Shown here piece by piece: positions 12,060-24,926 of a DNA stretch of 64,000 nt. Every line of letters starts with the position of its first letter. The stretch's first letter is position 1. Location of the stretch: the NCBI GenBank assembly GCA_965285935.1, contig OZ260663.1, positions 34,224,001 to 34,288,000 on the forward strand, read 5' to 3'. Below the pieces are notes generated by a model. The model ran no database searches and had not been told where the DNA came from. It saw only the letters and a program-made list of their open reading frames with translations. A program made the position numbers and the translations under genes. The DNA comes from Ophelia neglecta (taxonomy: Eukaryota).

Positions 12060-14620
12060 GCCAAGCACAGAGCGGATGATGTCCCCGTTTCTTCAAAAAA
12101 ATCTAATAATATTGAGATTTTTCCCTGGTCAACCTGTCCCTTGGCTGAACAACGCCACCTCCATCCATATCTCAGCAAGTTTACATATGCCCCCCTTGTG
12201 AAGACAGGCAGGAGCTCAACGTCCTCGTCTGTGCGAGCGTCCTGGTCAGTCCTAACCTGCAGATTTTGATAGGCTGTAAGCCTAGTGCTTAGCCGGTTTG
12301 GGTCTCTTAAATAGGTGATTGTGCCGGCTTGCGCTTATCAAATGACAGTTTAATTACCCATTTTATTTTACATTTTACATTTACCTTTAAGTTGTACGAA
12401 AGACAGCTAATCGAACTGAAGTGACATATAATTGCACGCTTACCCCCCCCCCCCCCCATACATCCTGTCAATATGCAGGGGCTCGCGACCAGAAAATATC
12501 CTATCTTATGAATACGTTTGCTGGCTGGGAATAAGACAGTTTGGGATCATATTATAAGACGCCAAGGTGCTGTTGGGAGAAATCTGTTGGAAACTTGAAA
12601 ATCATTGGGCTTTCTGTTGGGAACTTGAAAATCATCGGGCTTTCTGTTGGGAACTTGAAAATCATCGGGCTTTCTGTTGAGAACTTGAAAATCATCAGGC
12701 TTTCTGTTGGGAATTTGAAAATCAACAATCCAAGGCGTGTTGGTGGCAAATGATTGTACTAAAAATACACAATCAGTATTGTCGTAGTAGACTTATCGTT
12801 ACATAGGCATATGTAGTTTTTTTAACAACTTTCCTTTAAATAATTGCGTTTTTTAGGTTGATCAATTTACTTTCATAGGAATCAACATGTACGATGTATA
12901 GTTTTATTTTTCTTAAACGTTCGTGAGAATTAATACGATAAGGACAGTTTTTAAACTTTTTATTAACAATATAAACACAATTGGACATCTAGAAGTTTTG
13001 TTTACAGGTAAACCTTTATTTACACATGATGCACCCCTGAGTTACAAAGGAAATGTGATTTTTACGACTGTAAAGTTTGTGCTGGTCTTCTGCCCGGGTG
13101 TGATAGTATTTCGTCATTTAGTTCTTATATCGAAAAGGGTTGGTTGGCTTGATTTAAACGAGAAATTATCCCATATGGCTCACACACACCTAGACTAAAT
13201 TTTGAAATGTAACTAAATGTCATTATAATCTCATAATATTCTATAATACCGGGTAAGTATATGCGGTAATTACGGTAAGGATCTACATCTCTTACATCTA
13301 GGCTGATACTAAAAGACATTAACAAAATTCCAAGCATTAATTGTTACAATTGCTTATCTATTATCTATAACCTTACTCATTTGCCAGCTTAAAGTGAACT
13401 CAAGTCCACATATATATTACTACGAGGTTCCAAAGGCCAGCTTTAATCATGATAATAAATGGACATTTAGTTTTGATATGACGTGATGCCTTAAATTGTT
13501 AGAGCATAGTGGGGTCGGGGATACATTCTTGTCTGTATAAAATGTGGAGAGGTATTACGCTGAAGCCCTGAAAACTACATATAACACTATATGGCCAAGA
13601 TGGGTAGTGTATTTTTAATATTCGCCAGAGAGCAGACTCATGCTTTCCTTTTTTTAATATTCATGTAACTATTAGTAACAATTTATGTATATCCAACTAG
13701 TTTTTATTGTTCAGAGCAATCATCGGGCTAGAGAGACTTTTCCCACCACAGAGGAAATGCTCACTATTTCACGGTTCAATATAATAATTTCTGTAACATT
13801 GCATAATGAAAACATAAGTTTGGGAGGATATGGCAGGTTAAATTGAAAATTAAATGGTGTACTATCTGTAACCATCGTTAAAAGTCCCAGGGTTCTTGTG
13901 GATAGCAATCCTTGACCTCCAATACGGGACTCTTTAAAGGTGTTTTGATATCTTTTGTACTGACTGTAGGAGACAGCTGAACAACATTTCTTTTTAGGAG
14001 TCTTCAGCATGAAGACCATATTCTCATCGCTTGTAATTGTACTTAATAACACTTGTTCGAACCTTTTTGCTTCGACCACGGGTACTTGTTTTCTTCTCAG
14101 TAAAGTAAGTGCTCCAGGTGCTTCAGTTCTCCAAGCCACCGATCGAGTGAGGGAAGCTTCATTGAAGTCATTTATATATGCGGTTATTTCACCAATGTTT
14201 TCTTGCAGTTTCCTCTGCATCTTCTCCAGATCACAGATCTGTCAAAAGAGTGACCAAAGCTTTTCGTCCGTGACTCTTTCAGTGCCACTGGCATACTATG
14301 CACGATGCCCACTCTGGGAATAAGGCCATCCCCTCTCATCAAATATGTCACAACGAAAGTCATAAGCAGTCGTGGCCTTAATGAATGCATGTAATAATTC
14401 TCATCCATGTCAATCACAAACAATAAAAACTCTCGAATGCATTTTGTTTAGTAATAAGGTCAGTTCACAAATACACCTAACACTAGTTGAGTTCTTCGGG
14501 TTAGAGAGACCCCTCCTACCACTTAATTCATGCCAGAAGTCCTGTCATGACACACTCACTATATGGTGCTCAAAATCGTATCTATATTCATCTATAAACA
14601 ATTTCTCAGTACACAAAATA
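12060..14620 (-). pseudogene. Decayed multi-exon coding remnant downstream of the transposase, possibly SET-domain-like
   Basis: ORF 13720-14220 contains KESRIGGQGLLSTR (resembles the SET N-terminal S.I.G.GL motif). Exon-like pieces after AG acceptors give YGIISRLNQANQP (~13150) and VRTDQDARTDEDVELL (~12230). The matches are weak. Confidence 0.3.
12583..12725. repeat. 30-bp tandem repeat, ~4.7 copies
   Basis: Unit TCTGTTGGGAACTTGAAAATCATCGGGCTT starting at 12583, 12613, 12643, 12673, 12703. Confidence 0.95.
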
Positions 14621-14929
14621 AATTATACCCGCATTACAAGTATCTGTATTTCCAATCAAAATAAAACTTGAGTTACACTCCGTCTGGTTGAAAACTGTTT
14701 CAGCACTATCATGTCAACTCTGTTGAATGATTATTATCTTAAATCATATTAATAGTTCTTAAAGTTAAAAAACAATCCCATTTATATCAAACAGGTCGCC
14801 TATTATCTACATTATTTACATAATATTCACTATCATGGAATGTCAACATTGGCGTCGGAGGTAAATACATGTTACAAGGCTACCATATTATTCGGTAGAC
14901 TTAGTTATCTTCTGATCACAACGTTCCAT

Positions 14930-17900
14930 CAAAACCAAGGGGTTGTAGTAGTAATATTCATCTGATATGAGAAAAATCTGTGCAAAATGGGCTTTTTTCT
15001 TGAAGATGTGTCGTAACAGAGAGCAGCTCGTACCTGAAAATTATAAATAGTTAAATTAGGTATGCATAGTTATATGCGAGTCATTCATGTTTAGGAGAAT
15101 AACTTGAGAAAAAACAAAATGGCCCATAGGAGTATTCCCAATCATGAATCTATGTTTTTATAGGGGCATAAAATGCAAATAAATAATTCTCAAGCACTTA
15201 TCTAACAGTGGCAACCCATAAAGATTCGGCGGCCCCTCAAAAACATAAAATTCCTGCAGCCCCTGCTTCTCGCCAGCTACAAAGTAGCTTGAGAAACTAT
15301 GTCATATATTTTATTGCCTAATACAGCCATGTGAGAAACTAAGACTTAAATGGCTTTCCTTAATGATAACATACCTACAACTTGAGCTTCTTAGCTGCTT
15401 TGGAACTCTACAAACTGTATCAAACGCACCATTCCTTGTATCTCTAAAAAAATAGAAACACTCATTAACATACATTGGCATATCTTTCAATCGCAGCAAT
15501 ATTCGAAATATAGCCAGCCTCGGCAACAAAATTGAAAATATAGTACCCTACATTCTGAACCAAATATCATAATGAACATTAATATAGATGATTTTACAAT
15601 AAATTTACCTAACATCCGTCCAAAAAGGCACATACATGATGTATGGCCATTGGTTCACTGTCACCGTTGACTGCTGCGTTATTTGTTTGCACTGGCCACA
15701 CTAGTCAACAAATGGACAGCTTTTGTTATACCAAGTCACGATTTCTTGAAGAGGTATGTCTTTTTCCAGATCGGCTGTTTTTAGAAGTTCCTTCAATGCA
15801 GGAGCTAGTTGCCAGCCGAGCAAGTCTTGTGTCTTTGTTCTCTGCCTTTCTTTGTTCCTCGGACACAGCTGGTTGGCACAGGTGAAAACTGTGGTCATTG
15901 ATGAACCGCACAATTTGGGACTTAAACAGTACTGATCCAAACATGGGGTACTCGCATGAATAGCAATTCAATGAGTACAATTTTTTCAGAGAACCACACA
16001 CTACTGTAGGTTTTGTTTCAGGCTGTAAATTCTGAATGAACTTCAAACGGGCTTGGCTCCAGTTGTTGTGACTGCTGTCTGTGGAAAGTAAGCTGAACAG
16101 GTCTGCCAGAGTTGCCAGGAAATGTATCCCCTACCACATTAGTTGGGGTTTCTTTGAACGATCTGTCCATTTGATAACAGATAAATAGTCTGGATAAAGC
16201 CCCGTCAATTACACAGGTGTTTATGAGATCTAACTTAGAATCATTTTTGAATGAAGTCGTGCCTTGGAAAGGTGAAACCAGAGTGTTCAAATCGACTCGA
16301 GTTATAGATGTTGAATTGTCAACTATTGTTTCTTTGGCAGGGCTTTTGTTATTCTGAAAGAAAAAATCTATCTTTTCTGATGGTTTGGCTGGGTTAGACT
16401 TGGATGTTTTAGGTTTGGCTGGCTTGGGTTTGGTTAGTTGAGTCTTCTTCTTACTTGGAATATCACCAAGGGCAGATTCTGCGTTTCTTTTTTAACCGGT
16501 ATTTTCTCTTTTCCTTTCCTCTTTTGCGTTCAGCTTTTCTTTTTCTTTCATGGTCACCAATAGATCTTCATAATCTGACGTTTGTTTTTTTCTTTATGAC
16601 ACGACCCCTACTAGATGTGTTTTCAAATGGTCCTTGGTTTTTAAATAAGTTTGAGCCTAACCAGGCATTGTGAATATCATCATATTTGTCGAATTTTACC
16701 AGGTACAGGGTTTCATGTGTTTCTGGACAGAAATTCTCAGATACAATCTTCTCCACAGGATAAAAGACTTCTGTAGAATCAGTATCACACACCTTTTCTT
16801 CAATTTGTCCAGGATCCTCAGAATCTTCCCATGAATTACCTTTCCCCTTCAATAAATCGACTGTTTCTTCAGATAGCAGTAAATCTTCACTATCTTCATC
16901 GAAGTGAATTTCGGTGAGGATCTTCTTCACAGATGTCCAGTTGACAATCTTTGTAGTATGTGGCCTGATCAGTAACCGTTCTTTGATATCATAGAGAACT
17001 CCTCTCATTTTGGAATTGCTTGTTGGATTAGCACTATACTCTGGTTTGGTGCCATCTATAATGGAATCAATTCTAATAATTGTCACCCAGTTTCCTGATG
17101 TTCTGATCGAAGTGGCATAGATTTTTCCTGGTAGGACAGTATGTTCTTTGGGAATCGGCTTGAAACCATGTAATGGTCCTGCCCAATGCCTCTACGAACG
17201 GGCTTTATCTACATGGTCCTTTCCTGAAATGCACATTTTGATAAACCTTTGAAGATGGATTCTCTTTTCGCCGTATTTAACGTACATTTCCCTGTTGTTG
17301 TCAATAGCACCCTCATCAACATCATCGTCAAAGGCGGTGAGAGCTGGTTCTTCATACACTCTGTCTTCGTCAATGACTTGATCTTCGTCTTCGACATCCT
17401 TTGGTGATTCTTCAATTTTGCCAGGAAATTGGAAGGGCACGTTCAATTTATTATATGGTTGATGTGGTGGCTTTGTTATGACCCAGTCTTCATGATGTTC
17501 ATAATATAAGGGTCTCCCAACAGTCATGCACCTGAAGGGTCTCCTTAAATCCTTTTGGTAACCGTTCCGTTTCATCTCGGCCCCTGGCAAAACCATCCCG
17601 TAGCGCCTGCCGCAACTCATCACGAAATTCCTCATAGGTACTCGGATATTCATAACGATCACCAACCCTCTGTCTCTTCTGATTGGACATTGCAATCTTT
17701 TTTCTGGAGGATGTACTCTTTGATTTGAAACCTTTTTCTTCTAAGATATGAAGTGTGCCCAGGTTCAACTGAGGGTTTGCTGCACGATCTAAAGTCTCGG
17801 CTAATGTTGGTTCTTGGTTAGTACTTTGTATGCTGGTGGTTTTGCACTGTGTCTGGCCAATGAACTTTTCAGTGGCTACAGTGGTCGCCTTAACTGGGGA

Positions 17901-20900
17901 AGAAAATTCCGGTGTAACATTGCCATGTAGATAAAGGGCAAGCTGGTAGTCTATAGTTGCATGGAATTGTACCTCAAAGCTGGTATAGGTCTCTTCAGTG
18001 ATAAAATAGCCTCGCTTGTGGAAGTCATCCTTTGCTCCCGGTTTGGCATAAAGTCTTAGTCCGCTAAGTTCAATATATTTTCGCCAGGATCGCATCATGT
18101 ACATACCAGTCCCAATGGTTTGCATGATTTCTGGTGGAGTCATATCTGCGTCACGGAATGGACACATTAGGTAGTATATCATGTTGATATATATTACAGT
18201 ACCCAGACTATCGGGGACGTACTCTTGCAGCAAATCAGCCATTTTCAAGTCAAACATCTATTAGGCAATATCGGGGTTCTGGTCAAAGAATTCTATGAGG
18301 ATAACATCATTCTCATTCAACTGGAATGGAATACTGTTTTTGATGCAATACTGTCTCAAATGCTGTAGTTGGTCAATAGTGATTATGATTCATTCGTCTT
18401 TGTTCTTATACAATGTCAGGCCTGGGCTTGATTACTTCGGCATACGCACTGCTGAACTTTGATTGTGCTCAGGATCCAAGAGCATGACCGATGGGTAGAT
18501 TCATTAGTAAGGCGACATGAACCTCCCTTCTTTCATTCCAAGACCAAGGTTTTTCACTCATTTGCTAGCCAAGTCTATGTTTGGAGTCATGAAAACCCTG
18601 TAGAATCTGTAATGTGCCCAATGCACTTTATACCAAGTTTGTGGCAAATCTTTCGAAATTCATTCTGGACAAGGAACAATGCAAAAGCGTTGTAGCCTTT
18701 CCGAGGTGTTCCCCAAATGCCAAAGTATTTAGCTGCTTTTCATCATTGGTTAGGCAGGTGAAGTTGTGAATAGATGCATGACTGGCTAGTTTATCTTCTT
18801 TAATCATTTCCAGAATATTTTTTTTCAAGTACTCCACAAAGCTCTTCTTCCGAACATATTGGGAGTTGCATGTTATCTGGCCATGTAGAAGGATTTGGAT
18901 TCCATGATTTTCCTACCAATTCAATATTGCCGTCTTTGTTTCTTATGGCAGTCAAGGTTCTGAAGAATAACTTGACATATTTTCTATCACTTTGATACTA
19001 TCAATATACATGCTTATCAAGATTTGAACCGTAAAACTACAAGCCTATATAAAAATTATAAATTGCTTCTCGAGCTTTCATTTTGCCTGAGTAAAAAAGA
19101 GGGCGACGGGAAGTTTTATTTTTATGTTTTAATTGTTACAACAAAAGGGTGGGTGGGGGAGGGGGGCAGCGGAAGCCTTTTTATTTTCAAAATGGCATAT
19201 ACCTTTTGACCCTTTCTTCATTACTCCATTCCATCACCAGATCTCCTTTGTTTTCAAGACATCAAGGCTAAACCCGCCATCAAAGCTGATTCTAGACTGC
19301 ACTGCTTTAGCAGTGGATGCAGCAGGTAAATCAAACAAGTCCTGAAATATAAATGTTTCATCTAAGTATCCTTTCAGAATCACCAGTGGATTAAGATATA
19401 AGAATTACTTATTTAATTGGATGTAAGTTGCTTACGGCATTTAGGCTTAATGTTTGCAGTAGAACTCAATAGATATACACAAGAAAAAATGAAATAACTG
19501 AACCTTTAGAATATAAAAGTGGTGATCTCCTAAACAGTTTTTGTTCGTCAGGGCTATTTGCTTGATAATTTCTGGGTACTCGTGTTTCCGGCAAGGTTTT
19601 CATTTCATAATCATATTTTCTAGAACAAATCGGTTAACTTTTGAAGAATATTTGTCACTGACAGCTTCCCTAAGTGTTGCACTAAAAATGCTTCGATATC
19701 CCCGACCTTTTCTGCTGAAGTCAGCATATTAATTATTCTTTCGGTTTCTTTTTCTTTGGCAATTTTCTGGTCTATTAACTTATGGCTCGATTTCCCAGAT
19801 TATTTCATTAATTGCATCTTTCCTTTCAGCTGATTTGGTGTTAAGTTTTTCTCCGTTGTTCCTGGCTGGAAGAGTCGATTGTAGGGTGCCACAAGTTTCT
19901 TAGGCTTGTTTTTATCTTTTGTGAGAATGTTCTTCAGGTAGTTTGCAGTCTCGCGGTAGTGAAGGCACATATACCGATTTGGGCCTTGTAATTTCTTGGC
20001 AATACCAGTGCACTTCTTATTTCGGATAACAGAACCAACTTAGACCTTCTTAATGTTCACTAAATATGATACCCCGATATACTCCACTGCAGCTAGGGAA
20101 TAATCTTCTTTCTTCAATTGTTGATGTTCTGTTGGGTGGTTCAATGTCCATTTCTGAAAATGTTTACGTGTTTCATGACCTATACATTTCCGTGTCAACT
20201 TCCGTTCATTGTATAGTGATTCGGCATTCATCCCATGAATAATTCTCCGTTCTTTGAATTGATTCACTACTTCTTCTTCATGTACTCCGAGGCACCTTTG
20301 GGTTAGTATGACATTATCAGATTTTATGAAGTTTTTTAACGTGCGGCGTTGATGGCCCGGACTAATTTCCTTCTGAGCTTGTTCGGGAGATTGCAATGGT
20401 TTTTATAGACCGTGTGTAGTATGCTGATTTCCCATGTTCAAACACCTGCTTCACACCCTTGAACGTCAAGCCTTCGACTTTTTCTTTCTTGTTGAAAATC
20501 CTTTCAAAACTCTGACAAGCGACACATTGAAAGTGGAAAATGCTCCTGATGCTGCTGTTTTTGCGAATTGGGCTACTGTTTGTTCTACCAGGGTCACTTT
20601 AACCTTGAATGGAGGGAAGAGTGTATGAACCCACGCTCTCAACTTAGATGCCTTTGAGTTATAACACCTCCGACTCTGTGCTGCCAGCTTTTCTAGCCAA
20701 TCTTGTTCTAATTTCTGCTCAGGTGGAAGAACGTTATCCATGTAATGACACATTGAATGACTTTCTGTTGTGCCAATGGCTGAACTGAATATGACCATGT
20801 CAGAAACTTTCAACTGTTCATAGATTTTCCGGACTGTTAGTGGTTCTTTCAGCACCTCTTTCAGATACTCATTAAATTCTAAATTGATGATGTCAGACCT

Positions 20901-20980
20901 ACTGGCACAGGTAGATAATTCTGCTTTGAGATTAGACCTGCTGGTGTAAGATGGGCCCTCCGTCGTCTTCTTTACTTCTT
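14930..20980 (-). pseudogene. Decayed P-element-superfamily-like DDE transposase with C-terminal chromodomain and USP-like cysteine peptidase
   Basis: Ordered motifs across stops and frameshifts: DLPAAST (~19330), LVMEWSNEERV (~19225), IKCIGHITDS (~18610), LLDPEH (~18475), FDQNPDIA, MRSWRKY..FITEETY..FHA..TTVATEKF (ORF 17499-18257), chromodomain (ORF 16568-17086), PFQG..INTCVID (~16215), YELLSVTTH..HFAQIF..YYYYN (15033-14935). GT-AG introns at 19342-19503 and 18960-19202. Element termini not found. Confidence 0.6.
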
Positions 20981-20998
20981 TACGGGAGCATATTGATA

Positions 20999-21070
20999 TT
21001 CCCCCGTCCCTATGTTCCCCCGTCCCTATGTTCCCCAGTCCCTATGTTACCCCATCCCTAGGTTCCCCAT
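20999..21070. repeat. 17-bp tandem repeat, ~4 copies
   Basis: Unit approximately TTCCCCCGTCCCTATG(T), at the point where transposase coding similarity stops. Confidence 0.85.
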
Positions 21071-21123
21071 AGGCTACCGTGATCAGCATCGCAGAGAGTC
21101 CTATGGGGTCCTATAGGGCCTAT

Positions 21124-21395
21124 TGCCAAATTATAGGTATCTGGATGAATGAGGTAATTAACTATTCCATTTTACGATGATGTATTATAGATTTAACACA
21201 CTGACCTATAAACAACCCCAAGAAAATAGGTCAATATGACAGGGCATCAAACTCATCCTAGAAGATGCAACTCCGTGCCAAATTAGAGGTATCTGGAGGA
21301 ATTGGCTTAACAAGTTATCGCGGTAACGGCGAAGTGTTACAGATTTGACACACTGACCTAGAGTTGACCCCGGGAAATGTAGGTCAATGTCACTG
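21124..21395. repeat. ~152-bp degenerate tandem duplication (interspersed-repeat remnant)
   Basis: TGCCAAATT(A)..GGTATCTGGA...CACACTGACCTA...TAGGTCAAT occurs at ~21124 and again at ~21276. Confidence 0.6.
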
Positions 21396-22339
21396 CATGG
21401 ACATTGCGGCAGTTAGACTTCAGGATATGTTTCCTCGACTACATTTGAATAACTGTATCAAAGTACATGGGTATCTGTCTAACGATCGCACACAACATCA
21501 GACTGCCTCGTACCTCCTTAAATCTATTTCTGACTCTCGGGCATTCCTGTCTTCTGCATGAGCAGATGAAGGAGCACACACCCCTTTGTCACTTGTACAT
21601 GGTCATGTGCGTATAATTTTGCTGTCCGCAACATTGAGTATTCAATGGATTCAAATTAACATTGTTCCTCTTGCTTTGATTCATATAAAGTGACCTTGTG
21701 GCTTATTGGAGTGTTTTCTTTACTAATGAAAGGACAGCTATTACAAAGCATTGGGTATTATGGGTCTGTCATTTTAACAATAACATGATTTTAAAGGGCA
21801 TTACAGTTTTTAGTGGCCCGACATTACTGCCTAGCCGCCTGATATAATCATTAACACCCGAGGCGAAGCGTTTTAGTCATGGTTAAAAGAAAGTACAACA
21901 CTGTTTTTGCTTTGATTTTGCTTTTGCCTTCCGATTTCGCCCTCTAGCAAAGCTTAACTAGATAGTAGTCGATGTGGATCGAAGTCGACTTGAACAAACA
22001 AGCCCCACGAGGCCACTTCAAATTAATTTAGTGTGTTTCTGTCACGGTGTTCATATTTCACCAATTATTTAATATTATCCAATTTTTATCCAAAGTAAAA
22101 TAATGTAGCTTCTTGCAGGTGTAATTACATATACGACAAATTACATCTGTATATGACTAAATAAACATAAACACCTCTTTATATGGCCCTGGCCTCCGAG
22201 TATACATGTAGATGCACTATACATGTATATTACAAAACAAAAGCAGATACTTAACTGAAGACCCAGGGAGGGGGGGGGGGGGGTTGTATTGTCTATTAGA
22301 ATTACCAGAAATACCTGGGTTGTAAGGTAACCAATCAGG

Positions 22340-22828
22340 TAGGGTCACATAATTAAACAGCATAAGGGTTATTGCTCTTCAGTAAATAAAAATCATATGA
22401 TCATCTGTTAAATAATAAATGTTATGGTTTCCACTCATCTAAAAAATACAACATGTGTTCACATGATGAGTAACAAAAACAAGGGTTATTAGTCGTATGA
22501 AAATAACAAACATGTGTTCACCTGAAGAGTAAGAAACACAAGGGTTACTGCTCAACTATAAATATAAATAACAAATATGTGTCCACCTGAAGGTCAACAA
22601 ACACAAAGTCAGTAAATACCAAAATTGTGATCCCCTAAAGGGTAAGAAACACAAGTGTTACTGGTCGTCTGTAAATAAAAATTGATTACCTGAAGAGGAA
22701 CAAACACAAGGGTTACTGTTCGTTTGTAAAAAAAAAACATGTGTGAACCTGAAGAGTATCGAACACGGAGATTATGCACGTTTTTTTACATAAAATGTGA
22801 TCATCTGAAGATAAAAAACAAAAAGGTC
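22340..22828. repeat. ~57-bp degenerate minisatellite, ~9 copies
   Basis: Core CACCTGAAGAGTAAGAAACACAAGGGTTACTG recurs at ~22346, 22402, 22460, 22519, 22584, 22632, 22687, 22746, 22802; the last unit is interrupted by the Bel element. Confidence 0.85.
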
Positions 22829-24044
22829 TATAACGCACAGCCCGTGCTGTCGTTAGAGGAGTATTTTAGGTGTGATACAATAAGAGGTTAAACTTGCCAA
22901 AGAATGTATTCGCGTCTTACTTTTGTAAAAATTTATTATGATATATGGAATATAGACATTATGGAATGTGGATGCAATTGAATGGTGTGTTATTTGGATG
23001 GTAAATGTTATAAATTTTTGTCATTGAAAATGGTGGGATATAGGCTTGACGATGGACGATTGACGGTTACAACTGCAAAGAGCGAAAAACCAATACTATA
23101 CATTTCCATATATGCACTAGCAAATACAGGCACTCCTTATAATAGTGAGATAGCCAGAATAACACATAATAATAAACCATATAGGCACAAACAGAAGGGT
23201 TATGAAATATCCATAGACATATGTTTGTAGTGAGAGTTAAAATAGCCTTAACACAGAAAATATTGAGTGACAGCTAGATAATATACGCGCTTACATACTG
23301 CACAGATATACAGACCAAGCAATACAAATAAATTAAGCCTGTCTGGCATGTTAAAAGTTTAGCTATAGAATACATATACATATACATAAACTTTATCCAT
23401 TTACATGGTACTTTATAAACTTTACTGACAGAACTATATGTATAGGTTTATGTTTGGTTCTACATTAGATTAAGCTAAGAATTATCCACACTGGTGTGCC
23501 GTCTACCACCCACGACAAACTTTATGACCCGCATCTCATTCTGCATAAGGTTCAGGGAGGCCAGTGGCTACTCTAAATATAGCTCAACTGAGCGAATGCA
23601 TGTACATTGAAGTGGGCTGCTACACGCATACATGACCTCGTGCTATGACCAGTGTATTACAGTGGCCTTCTACAACATGGATTTAAATACAAGAAATTTG
23701 ACATAAAATATAAAAGAGCGATATGAAAGTTGACCTTGAGCACAAACCCTACATCTTGACACATATAAAAACTTGTAACTTCTACTTACATCTTTGGCGG
23801 TATTAGGGTTCCTAAGGGGTCATAGTTGGGCAATGTTCCTATAACAAATGGCTAGTCCTACAATCTGTCGCCTAATGCCTTATCTACTTATAGGGGACTG
23901 CAGCATCAGAGCTTATCCATGTCCGGTTTACAGTGGAGGGAAACTAATCTAAGAAATAACTAGGTGTCATAGTGACATAAAACGTTTACAAAACAAATTA
24001 TTATAAAAAAAGCAAAAAAAAACAACAACAGGAGGTTCGTTACA
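22829..24044 (-). repeat. Bel/Pao 3' LTR (~1.2 kb)
   Basis: 23817-24044 matches 31319-31541 with about 5 substitutions plus A-tract variation. The left boundary is set by the TSD and the inverted terminus. Confidence 0.8.
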
Positions 24045-24926
24045 CCGGCCCCAATGCACTACCATAGGTATGCATTCCAATACAATAAGTACCGACATAA
24101 TACAATAAAGAAGGGCAAAAAAAAAAAAAAACTAGTAATGACACCTAATGCATATATAAATGAGGTATGACATTAAAAAAACCCACGGTGGCATCGGAAA
24201 CAGCGTTCGGCGTACATTTCCTCAACCTATTATATGGTGAGCACAAATCGGTTCCCAATCTCATTGTCAAAGGACCTTCTACAAAATTAAGTTCATCAGT
24301 GGTCACTGCAGGTAGCTCATGGAGATGCAGCTTCCAACAAACAGAGCTTGACCACAGGCCTATCGTACACTCCACTTGTGGTCCTAACTGCTACGGATCT
24401 CACATGGCCATCATCGCTTTGGTAGGTATCAACCACGAATCCTAGGGGCCACTGGTTGCGCGGAGTGTCCTTTTGGTTCGCCTCGTCTTGCGATGAATCT
24501 TTGGAGTGCATTGATGTAACTATCAGTGTCTAGCTTGTGAGCTACTTCTATATGGACTGCCCTGGTTGCAAAACAGGTAAACAGGCAACCATATCGCTTG
24601 TCATCGGATCTTCCTCTCTTCACCAAAAAGTGGGCCGAAATAGTCAACTCCAACTCTGGTAAAGGGTGGTTCTCCAGGGTTACTCGGGACTCAGGTAGGT
24701 CGGCCATCATTGGTGTAGTATTTAGCCCGATGACCCTGGATGACTTGTGATTGTCAATAATAAACACGTCACTATTGACCATGTGCTTTATTCCTCCACA
24801 GACTATAGATAGCTACCTACAATAACCCGGATGTTGCCAGGAAGTCCCAAATTACTAAAGTAGTAATAGTGTTCTAAGTAGTACCTTACTACTTTTACTC
24901 TGAACACTACATCCCTCCCTTTCCAC

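Noticed and set aside
12541-12753. Periodic ORFs on both strands (LSVGNLKIIG)n / (IFKFPTESPM)n, and a CRISPR-like look
   Set aside because: Product of a 30-bp tandem repeat (multiple of 3) with no unique spacers, in a eukaryotic context.
11442-21086. Imperfect inverted match (CTGTCACGACAGCCTATG near 11450 vs CATAGGCTACCGTGATCAG near 21070) as TIRs of the P-like element
   Set aside because: Short and gapped, no TSD, and built on an AGGCCT/AGCCTA-type motif that is common in this window.
22340-22828. Regularly spaced repeats as a CRISPR array
   Set aside because: Whole units are degenerate copies of each other, there are no unique spacers and no cas genes; it is a minisatellite.
24429-24782. 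ORFs beginning MVNSDVFIIDNHK at 24782 and 29176 as duplicated genes
   Set aside because: Both start inside the identical Gypsy LTRs and read into flanking sequence; they are chimeric artefacts.
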